From an uncultured bacterium (GTDB lineage Bacteria > Babelota > Babeliae > Babelales > Babelaceae), in contig CAWFXL010000001.1 in the NCBI GenBank assembly GCA_963819815.1, forward strand, positions 736,001 through 800,000: 64,000 bases of DNA, read 5' to 3'. This document shows, one piece after another, positions 30,927 to 41,054 of this stretch. The notes beneath the pieces are model-generated. The model saw nothing but the letters and a program-made list of their open reading frames with translations, was not told the DNA's origin and made no database searches. The stretch's first letter is position 1. Each line of letters opens with the position of its first letter. The position numbers and the translations under genes were made by a program.

Positions 30927-33024
30927 TCACCGAACTTGCTTGACCAATATACTTGTTGCTCTCTTCAAAAGCATCAAGAAATACTACTTCATTAAGTAAC
31001 TTACCTTTACTTACTGGCCGATAGGCGGTTTCAATAAAGCCAAGATCATTAACAAAAGCATAGGTAGCCAAGGAAGAAATCAGACCTACGGTTTGACCTT
31101 CAGGAGTCTCAATTGGACAGATTCTTCCATAGTGAGAGGTATGCACATCACGAATTTCATAGGTTGCACGGTCTTTCATAACGCCGCCGGGCCCAAGAGC
31201 TGATAGACGCCGTTTATGTGCAATTTCTGCCAAAGGATTCGTTTGATCCATAAACTGGGAAAGCTGCCCTGTCCCAAAAAATTCACGCAATACTGCACTG
31301 AGCGGTTTCACATTCAAAAAATCTTGAGGCATTAATGCTCCATGAGCTTCCTGAATTCTAAAACGTTCACGAACTATTCGTTCAATGCGCAACAGACCCA
31401 GATAGATCTGGTTATTTAAAAGCTCACCCACCAAGCGAACTCGACGATTTCCTAAATGATCGATATCATCAAGCTCACCTTCACCACGCTCACGTAAGTT
31501 CACAAGATATTTAATGGTCGCTATAAAATCTTCTTTCGTCAGCGTCGACATTTCTTCATCAATAGAAAGACCAAGTTTACGGTTCATCCGAATACGTCCA
31601 ACTTTTGTCAGATCATATAAGCGCGGATTAAAGAAGTTATTAAATAAACGTTCTTTAATCTCATCAAGGGATGCATTATCACCCGGATACAATTTAGCAT
31701 GAACTTCTTTAAGCGCTTCATCTTCCGAATAACACTTGTCTTGTGCAAGCGTTAACGCAAGCGTAGGCTGGAACACATATCCCGATTGACTGATCAGCTT
31801 AAATTCTAGCTTAGGAAATTTAAGTAAAAGCTCATAGTACTCTTCAGAACAGTTCTCTCCTTGCTCGATGATAACTTCACCGGTAGCAGGATCGATAACA
31901 TCAGATCCAAAAACACGATTGAGTAAGCTCGTTTTTCCTAAGTAAATTCTTGTGAGTTTGTTCTTTTGTAAGGTGCTGAGGATTTCTTTTGTAAAACGCT
32001 TACCTACAAGATCTTTCTCATCTTTATAATCAGAAATCATACCACTGATGATACGGGTCCCAATAAGTGACTCATCAAGCATTTGATAGCATTCACCCTT
32101 TTCAACAAATACCGTATCAAAGTTATAAAAATGGCCTATAATTTCATCACGTGGAATACCAAGTGCCTGCAATAAGGTGGTTGCAAGCATCTTTTTCTTC
32201 TTATCGATACGAACCTGTAAATAGTCGTGGCTATCAAACTCAAAGTCTACCCAAGAACCACGCATAGGAATAATTCGTGCAATAAAAGGAAGTTGTCCAC
32301 GAACATCTTTAGTTTTCTTGCTATGCGAAAAAACAACCCCAGGCGATCTATGCAGCTGACTTACAATGACACGATCAACCCCATTAATGAGGAAAGTTCC
32401 TAAGTTACCTAATTTAAACTGGCCATTATCAAGGTACAAATCTGCCATAACAGGAACATCAGCAAAGAAGATATCTTGCTCTTTAATATCGCGTAGCGTC
32501 TTATCGCCCGCTTCACTCACATCCCAAGAGATCAATTGCAACTTAACTTTTAACGGCATAGAAAAAGTTTGGCCACTTGAACGACATTCATCAAGGGTCA
32601 AGGGTAACTGTACCGTAACCCGCGCAAGACAATTGGTACACGTTTTATACCGTGCGGTATCCTTATGACAAAACGTACATTCAAGCTTGTCATTTAAACG
32701 ACCGCTATCAGATTTTTTACATGATGAGCAGGACCAGACATACCGGTTTGCGATACCCGTTAACTTCCCACAGGTGCATGCCCAGAGTCCGAGCTCATAG
32801 CTCACATACTGGAGAGACATCCTATCATTGTAATCTATGGGAAAAATATCTTTAAATACTTTCTCTAACCCTATAAGCTCCCTTTCAGACGGCAAAAAGT
32901 CCAACTGAGCAAACTCATTGAAGGACCTCGATTGAATTTCTATTAAATTCGGAACCGGAACAATATCCTTGATCTTACCAAACAAGCGACGTACCGCTTC
33001 TTTGCCTTGACGGAGGCTCGACAT
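30877..33024 (-). CDS. rpoB: RNA polymerase beta subunit, N-terminal part (ends at frameshift-derived TGA)
   Basis: [41 protein letters not shown]. Confidence 0.95.
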   Translation of the reverse strand: MSSLRQGKEAVRRLFGKIKDIVPVPNLIEIQSRSFNEFAQLDFLPSERELIGLEKVFKDIFPIDYNDRMSLQYVSYELGLWACTCGKLTGIANRYVWSCSSCKKSDSGRLNDKLECTFCHKDTARYKTCTNCLARVTVQLPLTLDECRSSGQTFSMPLKVKLQLISWDVSEAGDKTLRDIKEQDIFFADVPVMADLYLDNGQFKLGNLGTFLINGVDRVIVSQLHRSPGVVFSHSKKTKDVRGQLPFIARIIPMRGSWVDFEFDSHDYLQVRIDKKKKMLATTLLQALGIPRDEIIGHFYNFDTVFVEKGECYQMLDESLIGTRIISGMISDYKDEKDLVGKRFTKEILSTLQKNKLTRIYLGKTSLLNRVFGSDVIDPATGEVIIEQGENCSEEYYELLLKFPKLEFKLISQSGYVFQPTLALTLAQDKCYSEDEALKEVHAKLYPGDNASLDEIKERLFNNFFNPRLYDLTKVGRIRMNRKLGLSIDEEMSTLTKEDFIATIKYLVNLRERGEGELDDIDHLGNRRVRLVGELLNNQIYLGLLRIERIVRERFRIQEAHGALMPQDFLNVKPLSAVLREFFGTGQLSQFMDQTNPLAEIAHKRRLSALGPGGVMKDRATYEIRDVHTSHYGRICPIETPEGQTVGLISSLATYAFVNDLGFIETAYRPVSKGKLLNEVVFLDAFEESNKYIGQASSVNEDTKEVIEERVFATT

Positions 33025-33164
33025 TCAGAAACTCCTTTTGCAGGGGTTATAGAGTACTCCTTGCCTATACGCACACGCCCTCACGGCTTGTATATACAAG
33101 TTCAGACACCCTCTTCTCTATTTTTCGCGCACTACACTACTACTACCACTTTTTTAGCTTCATA

Positions 33165-33202
33165 ATCAGGGATCACTCGCTACCACACGCCTGATCCCTG
33201 AT
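33165..33202 (-). terminator. Hairpin between rplL and rpoB (terminator or attenuator)
   Basis: ATCAGGGATCA-N16-TGATCCCTGAT, an 11-bp stem just after the rplL stop. Confidence 0.55.
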
Positions 33203-33211
33203 AGAATATTT

Positions 33212-33595
33212 TTATGAAAGAGTTACTTTAGCACCAGCAGCTTCAAGTGCTTCTTTCATTTTTTGAGCGTCAGCTTTAGAGGCCGCTTCAGCGATAACTG
33301 TCGGAGCTTCTTCAACTGCTTTCTTCGCTTCGGTCAACCCAAGAGTTGTCACCGTACGAAGTGCTTTAATTACTTTAATCTTTTCAGCACCACCATCTGA
33401 AAGTTCAACTTTAAACTCTGTTTTTTCACCACCAGCGGCAGCAGCAGGAGCAGCCGTAGCAGCAACTGCAGCGCTCGCAGCAGGAGCGGCAGCAGATACA
33501 CCAAATTTAGTTTCTAGGGCTTTTACCAGTTCTGAAAGCTCCAAAACCGACATGCTGCCTATTTCTTCGATAAATTTCTCTTTATTCAATGCCAT
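33212..33595 (-). CDS. rplL: 50S ribosomal protein L7/L12
   Basis: [43 protein letters not shown] favours ATG 33595. Confidence 0.97.
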   Translation of the reverse strand: MALNKEKFIEEIGSMSVLELSELVKALETKFGVSAAAPAASAAVAATAAPAAAAGGEKTEFKVELSDGGAEKIKVIKALRTVTTLGLTEAKKAVEEAPTVIAEAASKADAQKMKEALEAAGAKVTLS

Positions 33596-33621
33596 AGCAT
33601 TCTCCATCTATTGTTAGAAGA

Positions 33622-34140
33622 TTAATGTTTCGCGTTTTCAATCTGACTAAGCACCCTTACAAACCGTGCAACAAGCTCATTGAGCACTCGCACATAATTC
33701 GTAATCGGCGCATTCAAAGTACCACAGAGTTGTGCAAGCAATACTTCCCTTGACGGTAAAGTCGCCAGCTGCTCAATTTGCAGAGCCGTAATAACTCTCG
33801 CATCAAGAGTCCCCCCAACTAACGTTAACTTTTGCCCATCTTTTGTAGCATCATAGAGCAATTTAGCTACAGCTGGCGCCTCATCTTGCGCGAACACCAC
33901 GGCTATCTGCTCTTTAAAAAGTGGTTCTAAGTCACTTATACCAGGAAGATCTTTTGTAGCTCTCACTAACAAGGTATTTTTAACTACCTTCATTTTGCCA
34001 TTCTTGGAGTAAAGGCCCATACGCAATCTCTGTATGGAACTTACATCCATACCTTGCGTAGCTACGATGAAAGCAGCTTGACTATGTTGAAAGTCCTCTT
34101 TCACCGCATCAATAATCGACTGTTTTTCTTGGCGATTCAT
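33622..34140 (-). CDS. rplJ: 50S ribosomal protein L10
   Basis: KVVKNTL, LATLPSREVLLAQL; operon position. Confidence 0.96.
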   Translation of the reverse strand: MNRQEKQSIIDAVKEDFQHSQAAFIVATQGMDVSSIQRLRMGLYSKNGKMKVVKNTLLVRATKDLPGISDLEPLFKEQIAVVFAQDEAPAVAKLLYDATKDGQKLTLVGGTLDARVITALQIEQLATLPSREVLLAQLCGTLNAPITNYVRVLNELVARFVRVLSQIENAKH

Positions 34141-34152
34141 TCGATTCCTTTC

Positions 34153-34848
34153 TTATAACGCTATTTCATCAGGGTTGAGGGGAACCCCTACGCCCATCGT
34201 AGAAGATATGGTTACTTTCTTAATATACTTACCTTTTGCAGAAGGCGGTTTAGAAGAAAGTAATGCCTTCATAAAAGTCGTCAAATTATCGGTTAACTTA
34301 TTCACGTCAAATGAAACACGACCCAATGAAAAATGCACAATGCCATTTTTATCATTTTTAAAGAAGTGACGACCTTTTTTAAGATCTGTCACTACAGGAC
34401 CTACGTCAAAGGTTACCGTTCCCGTTTTCTTATTGGGAACTAAACCACGAGGCCCGAGAATCTTTGCAACCTTACCCACTAAAACCATCATGTCAGGAGT
34501 TGCAATCGCATCCGTGAAATCTACCCATCCACCTTCAATCTTTTCAATAAGATCTTCAGCTCCTACATAGTCAGCGCCTGCTTTGGTAGCAGCATCAGCA
34601 TGCTCACCTTTTGCAAACACCACAATCTTTCTCACTTTTCCGGTTGAATGGGGCAGAACAACAGAACCACGAACTACTTGATCTCCCTTTGAGGGGTCAA
34701 TTCCAACATTCACATTCACATCAACCGATTCATCAAACTTTGCAAAGGCAAGGCCTTTCACCTGCTGAATACCATCAGTGAAAGAAAGTGGCTTCGTAAC
34801 CTGAAACTTTTCCCGTGCTTGCGTATATTTTTTACCGTGCTTAGCCAT
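34153..34848 (-). CDS. rplA: 50S ribosomal protein L1
   Basis: [28 protein letters not shown]. Confidence 0.97.
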   Translation of the reverse strand: MAKHGKKYTQAREKFQVTKPLSFTDGIQQVKGLAFAKFDESVDVNVNVGIDPSKGDQVVRGSVVLPHSTGKVRKIVVFAKGEHADAATKAGADYVGAEDLIEKIEGGWVDFTDAIATPDMMVLVGKVAKILGPRGLVPNKKTGTVTFDVGPVVTDLKKGRHFFKNDKNGIVHFSLGRVSFDVNKLTDNLTTFMKALLSSKPPSAKGKYIKKVTISSTMGVGVPLNPDEIAL

Positions 34849-34857
34849 GTGCCACCC

Positions 34858-35283
34858 TTAATCTACGACTTTTACACCCATACTACGAGCACTTCCTGCA
34901 ATAATCTTTACTGCTTGCTCAATCGTATGCGCATTTAGGTCAGCCATTTTAATCTTAGCTATTTCCTCAATATCCTTTTTTGAGATGGTACCAGCTTGAT
35001 CCTTTTTAGGATTAGCTGCACCCTTTTGGATATTGCTCTTCTTTTTAATAAGTTCGGAAGCCGGTGGCGTCTTTACGATAAAATCGAAGGTTCTATCTTT
35101 GTATATCGTCACAACTACAGGACAGGTCTGGCCTTTTTTGTCAGCAGTCTTTGCATTAAACTGCTTACAAAATTCCATAATAGCTACCCCTTGTTGTCCT
35201 AATACTGCACCCACTGGTGGTGCCGGCGTCGCCCCGCCTCCCGGTATATTCATGCGAACTTTGGCTTTAATCTCTTTTGCCAT
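34858..35283 (-). CDS. rplK: 50S ribosomal protein L11
   Basis: ATPAPPVG, EFCKQFNAKT, GSARSMG. Confidence 0.97.
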   Translation of the reverse strand: MAKEIKAKVRMNIPGGGATPAPPVGAVLGQQGVAIMEFCKQFNAKTADKKGQTCPVVVTIYKDRTFDFIVKTPPASELIKKKSNIQKGAANPKKDQAGTISKKDIEEIAKIKMADLNAHTIEQAVKIIAGSARSMGVKVVD

Positions 35284-35292
35284 TCGTGTCCT

Positions 35293-35817
35293 TTATCGTT
35301 TTACTTGGTCAAACGCTAATTCTACCGGTGTCATTCGACCGAAGATGCTTACCATCACGGTCAATCTTTCATGTGTTTCATCTATTGCTTCAATAATTCC
35401 CATAAACCCTGCAAATGGTCCATCGGTAATTTCTGTTTCACTGCCCGTTTCAAATGCATGCTTCTCACGCGATACGACCACTTCACCACGAATCTGGGCA
35501 AGCACTCGTTCCATTTCAGAAGGGCTGAGCGCTAGAGGCTCTTTCCCTCCCAAAAATCTCGAAATACGAGGCGTCTGTGTTACTAAACGCAAGGCTTCCT
35601 GTACCGGTTCAAGTTCTACAAGCATATACCCGGGAAACAAGTACTGTTCCTCAGGATTCTTCAGGACTTCTTCATGAGAAGACTTAGCCTTAGCAGAGGG
35701 GATAAGAATGTCACCAAACTTATCCTGGAGGCCTTTTTCTTCAATAGTTTTCAGCAGATCCGCTCGGATACGATCCTCATATCCTGCAAGAACCTGAATA
35801 ACATACCATTTTTTCAT
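35293..35817 (-). CDS. nusG: Transcription elongation factor NusG
   Basis: WYVIQV, FPGYMLV, DGPFAGF, VSIFGRMTPVEL. Confidence 0.97.
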   Translation of the reverse strand: MKKWYVIQVLAGYEDRIRADLLKTIEEKGLQDKFGDILIPSAKAKSSHEEVLKNPEEQYLFPGYMLVELEPVQEALRLVTQTPRISRFLGGKEPLALSPSEMERVLAQIRGEVVVSREKHAFETGSETEITDGPFAGFMGIIEAIDETHERLTVMVSIFGRMTPVELAFDQVKR

Positions 35818-35839
35818 GTAGTATATGACCTTATCCGCC

Positions 35840-36037
35840 TTAGCGTCTTACGAGGCTAAAAATCTGTTTATATATAACCCACTCAAGAATCTTATCAAGC
35901 AAACCTAGATAAATGGTGAAAAAGAGCACCAGTAAAAGGGTCACTATAGTAGCTCCAATAAATTCCTCAGGCTTGGGCCATTCCACCCGGGCCATTTCTG
36001 AGCGGACCTCTTTTAAAAACGTTCCAATATTCTTCAT
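35840..36037 (-). CDS. secE: Preprotein translocase subunit SecE
   Basis: FLKEVRSEMARVEWP plus a TM helix. ATG 36037 used because the ORF-track start lies inside tRNA-Trp. Confidence 0.93.
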   Translation of the reverse strand: MKNIGTFLKEVRSEMARVEWPKPEEFIGATIVTLLLVLFFTIYLGLLDKILEWVIYKQIFSLVRR

Positions 36038-36058
36038 TGCCTTACACCCTAGCTGTAC

Positions 36059-36134
36059 TGGCAGGCCAGGAGGGATTCGAACCCCCAACCCGCAGATTTG
36101 GAGTCTGCCGCTCTACCGTTAGAGCTACTGGCCT
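36059..36134 (-). tRNA. tRNA-Trp(CCA)
   Basis: Cloverleaf, anticodon loop CTCCAAA, CCA end. Confidence 0.95.
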
Positions 36135-36144
36135 CCATACATAT

Positions 36145-36305
36145 CTATTTCGTTTCTTTATGCACATTATGCTTACGACATCGAGAACAAAACTTACTTA
36201 AGCTTCAAAGAACCCAGCAGTTCTTTTTTTAGCAACAACTTGCGTATAATTACGCTCTTTACACTCTTCACATGCCAAATGAGTCGTAACTCTATTTTTT
36301 GCCAT
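36145..36305 (-). CDS. rpmG: 50S ribosomal protein L33, apparently frameshifted in this sequence
   Basis: MAKNRVTTHLACEECKERNYT in one frame and KFCSRCRKHNVHKETK* in another; span of 161 nt is not a multiple of 3. Confidence 0.9.
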
Positions 36306-36351
36306 ATATTAAGCACCTTGATACTATTCTAGTAACTTCATTGTAACTTTC

Positions 36352-36427
36352 TGGAGCCCGCGACCGGATTTGAACCGGTGACCTCTCCCTTACCAAGGAA
36401 GTGCTCTACCAACTGAGCTACGTGGGC
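36352..36427 (-). tRNA. tRNA-Thr(GGT)
   Basis: Cloverleaf, anticodon loop TTGGTAA, CCA end. Confidence 0.95.
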
Positions 36428-36532
36428 ATCAATTTCAACTTTCTACTAACTATACTTATAATAGATTAAATGAAAAAAACATAAAAAACAACATTATTTT
36501 ATCAGCTTGCTACTAGAACTACTTTATAACTT

Positions 36533-36608
36533 TGGAGCTGGCGACTGGATTTGAACCAGCGACCTGCTGATTACAAATCAGCTGCTCTACCAACTGAGCT
36601 ACGCCAGC
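36533..36608 (-). tRNA. tRNA-Thr(TGT)
   Basis: Cloverleaf, anticodon loop TTTGTAA, CCA end. Confidence 0.95.
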
Positions 36609-36625
36609 ACTACTAATTTCATATT

Positions 36626-36701
36626 TGGAGCGGGAAACGGGACTCGAACCCGCAACCTACAGCTTGGAAGGCTGTCGCTCTACCAATTGAGCTATTCCCG
36701 C
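36626..36701 (-). tRNA. tRNA-Gly(TCC)
   Basis: Cloverleaf, anticodon loop CTTCCAA, CCA end. Confidence 0.95.
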
Positions 36702-36716
36702 ACTTATATCAACTTC

Positions 36717-36801
36717 TGGTGGCGAGAGTAGGATTCGAACCTACGAAGGCTGAGCCAACGGATTTACAGTCCGTCCCCTTTGACCGCTCGGGAATCTCGC
36801 C
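36717..36801 (-). tRNA. tRNA-Tyr(GTA)
   Basis: Cloverleaf with long variable arm, anticodon loop CTGTAAA, CCA end. Confidence 0.95.
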
Positions 36802-37267
36802 GCTTTTACTAAGTATAAACAAGCGATTATTAATTTCAACGTTCAGCCAGCGCTTCTTGGAAACTCTCCGCCCACCATCTTCACCTAAGCCATTTGGTAC
36901 TACTTAGGTTACCGTATTGCTCAATTGTAGCAAACTTTTTAGAACTTACAAATCTCGCAATCAAAAGCGTCTTCTTTATGATTCCGGGCACTACGGTCCA
37001 TTCAGGACGAGCATGCAACCAGGCCATTCACAATTGCCTACAGCTCACCAAGGCTCCAAAATTATAGACTCTGGCTCATCCTCAGAGATACAAATCCCCA
37101 AAATGTCTCGGGGGCGTAAGAATGCGACAATGATAAGCAAGTCCATTTTATTTAGTTCAAGTAGAAACAGCGTGAAACTCTTGAAGTCAGAATCGCCACT
37201 CTGTTACTATACTGGTAACTGGGTACTAAGCCCAAGAAACCAAAATCCTAATAAAGTGGGGAATACT

Positions 37268-38824
37268 ATGAAGTTCTTAACTAAATCTCTTGGGTTACTC
37301 CTAACCCTTACCTTGCTCGCACCTGCGTTAGCAAAATCGGACAAACACCGCCATAACGAAGAAATCGTAAAATTTGTTCAAGGTGGTGCTCCAGCAGGTG
37401 GCACCGGTACCAAAAGGCATCCTTTTGCAACACTCAAAGAAGCGGCGGCGAGTACGTGGGACATTCTTATTGTTCTTCCCTCAGCGGTTGCATTAACCGA
37501 TGGTATCACCCTCACCAATCAAAAGCTCATTGGTGACATATGTGACTCTAATGTAGCTCTATTCCCTAGGCTTACAACCAATCAAGTAACTGTTATCGGT
37601 GACGGTGCCATTGAAAATATCTTCTTTACTAATATGTTAGGTTCCGCAATCAATTATGACTTGGCAGAAAATCTTATCGTGAAAGATGTCAGTATTGACG
37701 GTTTTAATACAAAGACACCATCTACAGGAGCACCAGCAATCACCGGTACCTGCCCACAATCTGGAAATACTCTTATTGAAAACGTAATTATCCGCAACGA
37801 TAATGGAGCAAATGCCGGTATCTATGACAGCCCCACAGGCAGTGGTGTATCAAGAGAATTAACAATATGCGGGTGTGAGCTTACTACGATCACTAAAAAT
37901 GGTATAGAAACAGCACCAGATAAAGGAGCCTCCTCTGAAGTCGTTATCAAAGATTCGTATTTACATGATTTTACTGGTGGTGAATCTAATGGCATATTTG
38001 TAAATTTGGGTTCTACCTCTAGCGCGACAGAGGCTATTCTTGTTAAGAATACATCTTTTTATAATGTTGGCATTATCGAAGGCGTCGAAATTTTTTTAAA
38101 TACCAAAAATAATTCAGATCTAAAAATGAAAGTTGATTGCTGCTCATTCCAAGAAACCGGATCTGGCAATGGCGTAGCTGGTGTATTTTCTGTAAATTCC
38201 AGTTCATCATGCGAAATTGTGGTAGAAAACTCAGTAAGTACGAATGTGGGGGGGGATTTTTTCAACGAGACTTTATCAGCTGCTATCAGACAAGACAATA
38301 GACTCTGCGGAAACATGGTGACTGGGGGCATCTTTTATGAAACGCGATTAAGTGGTGCTGGAAAATCTGCAGTCATAACTGATATCAGAGGAAACATCTT
38401 TAATGGAACTACAGGAATACAAATAAATGGCGCCTCCTCCGGTAGAACTTACTCCCCACTGTATATAACTGCTGAACATAACTGCTTCACAGGCACTGGT
38501 AATGCTTTTCATACCTCTGCTACAGGCAATATTGGTACAGCAGTCATTGATGCTCATTGCAACTCATTTTCAGGGTTCAATCCTGATATTTCAGATGCTG
38601 GAAGCAATGTCAGCTACCTGGTAAGCAAAAACTTCTGGGGCCCTTTAAAACCCTGCACAGGTACTACTTGCCCTGCACCCCAAATCTGCCAAAATGGTTT
38701 TTGTCTGGGACCAACAACTATGCTTGGCAGCACTGGACACCCTTTCATTGGTTACTTAGATGCAAGTGATCCACTCGCAGTTTCTATCAAGTGTCCTAAG
38801 ACCTGCCACTCATCTGACATATGA
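37268..38824 (+). CDS. Secreted Gly/Asn/Thr/Cys-rich protein, probable right-handed beta-helix (copy 1)
   Basis: Signal peptide MKFLTKSLGLLLTLTLLAPALA, GTGTKRHPFATLKEA motif, repeated short beta strands, NFWG, Cys-rich tail. Confidence 0.75.
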   Translation: MKFLTKSLGLLLTLTLLAPALAKSDKHRHNEEIVKFVQGGAPAGGTGTKRHPFATLKEAAASTWDILIVLPSAVALTDGITLTNQKLIGDICDSNVALFPRLTTNQVTVIGDGAIENIFFTNMLGSAINYDLAENLIVKDVSIDGFNTKTPSTGAPAITGTCPQSGNTLIENVIIRNDNGANAGIYDSPTGSGVSRELTICGCELTTITKNGIETAPDKGASSEVVIKDSYLHDFTGGESNGIFVNLGSTSSATEAILVKNTSFYNVGIIEGVEIFLNTKNNSDLKMKVDCCSFQETGSGNGVAGVFSVNSSSSCEIVVENSVSTNVGGDFFNETLSAAIRQDNRLCGNMVTGGIFYETRLSGAGKSAVITDIRGNIFNGTTGIQINGASSGRTYSPLYITAEHNCFTGTGNAFHTSATGNIGTAVIDAHCNSFSGFNPDISDAGSNVSYLVSKNFWGPLKPCTGTTCPAPQICQNGFCLGPTTMLGSTGHPFIGYLDASDPLAVSIKCPKTCHSSDI

Positions 38825-38959
38825 GCCCTGCTCTTCAAACCGTCAAGTGTTCTGACGAAGAGAGATGTGAGATTGGTGAAGGAAAAAGGCAAAGAAGCAG
38901 AGAAAGGTCTATAGATCAAGCCTCTCAAGCACCCGAAAATCAATAGCAGTAGTCAATCG

Positions 38960-38992
38960 CCTCCTTGTGGTACAAAAAATACCACAGGGAGG
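38960..38992 (+). terminator. Hairpin after copy 1
   Basis: CCTCCTTGTGGTA-loop-TACCACAGGGAGG. Confidence 0.65.
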
Positions 38993-39084
38993 AACTCTTG
39001 CAGTCAACATCACCCCTCTGCTACTATTATGGTAACTGGGTACTAAGCCCAAGAAACCAAAATCCTAATAAAGTGGGGAATACT

Positions 39085-40620
39085 ATGAAGCTCTTAACTA
39101 AATCTCTTGGGTTACTTCTAACCCTTACCTTGCTCGCACCGGCGTTAGCAAAATCGGACAAACACCGCCATAACGAAGAAACCGTAAAATTTGTTCAAGG
39201 TGGTGCTCCATCAGGAGGAAATGGCACTAAAAAGCATCCTTTTGCAACACTCAAAGAAGCAGCGGCGAGTGCCTGGGACGTCCTTATTGTGCTTTCCTCA
39301 GCGGTTGCGTTAACCGATGGCATCACCCTCACCAATCAAAAGCTCATCGGTGACATATGTGACTCTAATGTAGCTCTATTCCCTAAGCTTACTACCAATC
39401 AAGTGACTGTTATCGGTGATGGTGCCATTGAAAATATCTTCTTTACTAATATGTTAGGTTCCGCCATCAATTATGACAAGGCAGAAAATCTTATCGTGAA
39501 AAATGTCAGCATTGATGGTTTTAATACAAAGACACCACCTACAGGAGCACCAGCAATCACCGGTACCTGCCCACAATCTGGAAATACTCTTATTGAAAAC
39601 GTAATTATCCGCAACGATAATGGCGCAAATGCCGGTATCTATGACAGCCCCACAGGTAGTGGTGTATCAAGAGAATTAACAATATGCGGGTGTGAGCTTA
39701 CTATGATCACTAACAATGGTATAGAAACAGCACCGGATAAGGGCGCTTCCGCTGACGTCGTTATCAAAGACTCGTATTTACATGATTTTAATAATAGTAA
39801 TGCTAATGGCATATTCGTATTTTTAGGTTCTACCTCTAGTGCTACAGAGACTATTCTGGTTAAGAACTCATCTTTTTATAATGTTGGAGTTAGCGAAGGC
39901 CTCGAAATTCGTTTAAGCCTCTCTAATAATTCAAATCTAGAAATGAAAGTTGACTCCTGCTCATTCAAAGAAGCCGAATCCGTCAACGCCGTAGTTGCTC
40001 TGTTCTCTCAAAATAGCAGTTCATCATGCGAAATAGTGATAGAAAACTCAGTAAGTACGAATCTGGTGAAATTTTTCTCAGAGATTTTATCAGATGTTAT
40101 CAGACAAGACAATAGACTCTGCGGAAACACGGTGACCGGAGGCACTTTCTATGAAACACACAATAATGGAAAATCTGCAGTCATAACTGATATCAAAGGA
40201 AACATCTTTAATGGAACCACTGTAATACAAATTGATCCCCTCATCTCCGTCGGCACTTACTCCCCCCTGTATATAACGGCTGAACATAATTGTTTCACAG
40301 GCACCAGTAATGCTTTTCTTACCCATGCTAAAGGCAATATTGGTACAGCAGTCATTGATGCCCATTGTAACTCATTTTCAGGGTTCAATCCTGATATTTC
40401 AGATTCTGGAAGCAATGTTGCCTACCTGGTAAGCAAAAACTTCTGGGGCCCTTTAAAAGCCTGCACAGGTGGTACTTGCCCTCCATCCCAAATCTGTCAA
40501 AATGGTTTTTGTCTGGGACCAACAACTACTCTTAACTCTTTCATTGGTTACTTAGATGCAAGTGATCCACTTACAGTCTCTATCAAGTGTCCTAAGACCT
40601 GCCACTCATCTGACATATGA
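39085..40620 (+). CDS. Secreted probable beta-helix protein (copy 2)
   Basis: Paralog of 37268-38824 with nearly the same signal peptide and termini. Confidence 0.75.
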   Translation: MKLLTKSLGLLLTLTLLAPALAKSDKHRHNEETVKFVQGGAPSGGNGTKKHPFATLKEAAASAWDVLIVLSSAVALTDGITLTNQKLIGDICDSNVALFPKLTTNQVTVIGDGAIENIFFTNMLGSAINYDKAENLIVKNVSIDGFNTKTPPTGAPAITGTCPQSGNTLIENVIIRNDNGANAGIYDSPTGSGVSRELTICGCELTMITNNGIETAPDKGASADVVIKDSYLHDFNNSNANGIFVFLGSTSSATETILVKNSSFYNVGVSEGLEIRLSLSNNSNLEMKVDSCSFKEAESVNAVVALFSQNSSSSCEIVIENSVSTNLVKFFSEILSDVIRQDNRLCGNTVTGGTFYETHNNGKSAVITDIKGNIFNGTTVIQIDPLISVGTYSPLYITAEHNCFTGTSNAFLTHAKGNIGTAVIDAHCNSFSGFNPDISDSGSNVAYLVSKNFWGPLKACTGGTCPPSQICQNGFCLGPTTTLNSFIGYLDASDPLTVSIKCPKTCHSSDI

Positions 40621-40754
40621 GCCCCTGCTCTTCAAACCGTCAAGTGTTCTGACGAAGAGAGATGTGAGATTGGTGAAAGAAAATGGCAAAGAGGCAAAAC
40701 CAAATCTATAGATCGATCTTCTCATACGCTCGAAAATCAATAATAGCAGTCAAT

Positions 40755-40789
40755 TTCCTCCCTGTGGTACAATCTACCATAGGGAGGAA
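40755..40789 (+). terminator. Hairpin after copy 2
   Basis: TTCCTCCCTGTGGTA-loop-TACCATAGGGAGGAA; pairing is preserved relative to copy 1. Confidence 0.65.
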
Positions 40790-41054
40790 TCTTTAGATGC
40801 TTCTTAGTAAGCTGTGAGCACTAAAGAATGATAGCCAGAGCATACAGCTTAGTCTCCTCTCCTCAGCCTCCTCGCTCATCTACACACCCTCACACATACG
40901 CTTGAACCGCATTCGGGCTTTTTTTTGCAACACTCATTTCAATAGCTTTATGAGATCGGATCAATGAAACTTGCCATCATTGCATAAATTCTTTGCAGAA
41001 CACCAAAACCTGCTATACTCAAGACAGTTGGTCACCTTACAAGAAAGCTTCCCA

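Larger units (their letters stand above)
37176..40789 (+). repeat. Tandem duplication of about 1.82 kb (promoter + gene + terminator)
   Basis: Unit 1 about 37176-38992, unit 2 about 38993-40789; near-identical leaders, N- and C-terminal coding regions and 3' hairpins. Confidence 0.92.

Noticed and set aside
33087..33100. 14-bp palindrome CTTGTATATACAAG in the rpoB leader
   Set aside because: Single AT-rich occurrence with no supporting context; may be chance.
35033..35677. 214-aa plus-strand ORF and the many other short antisense ORFs in the track
   Set aside because: They are shadow ORFs opposite well-supported genes (rplK/nusG, rpoBC, pnp and others).
36352..36801. tRNA cluster as an integration site for the adjacent duplicated genes
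   Set aside because: The duplicated genes lie on the 5' side of the tRNAs, and I saw no duplicated tRNA 3' end or integrase.
36719..36907. 62-aa ORF MARVGFEPTKAEP...
   Set aside because: It is an antisense translation of tRNA-Tyr.
36917..37267. N-terminal extension of the 635-aa ORF (and the similar one at 38965-39084)
   Set aside because: Signal peptide, RBS and paralog alignment place the starts at 37268 and 39085; the extensions run through promoter or hairpin DNA.
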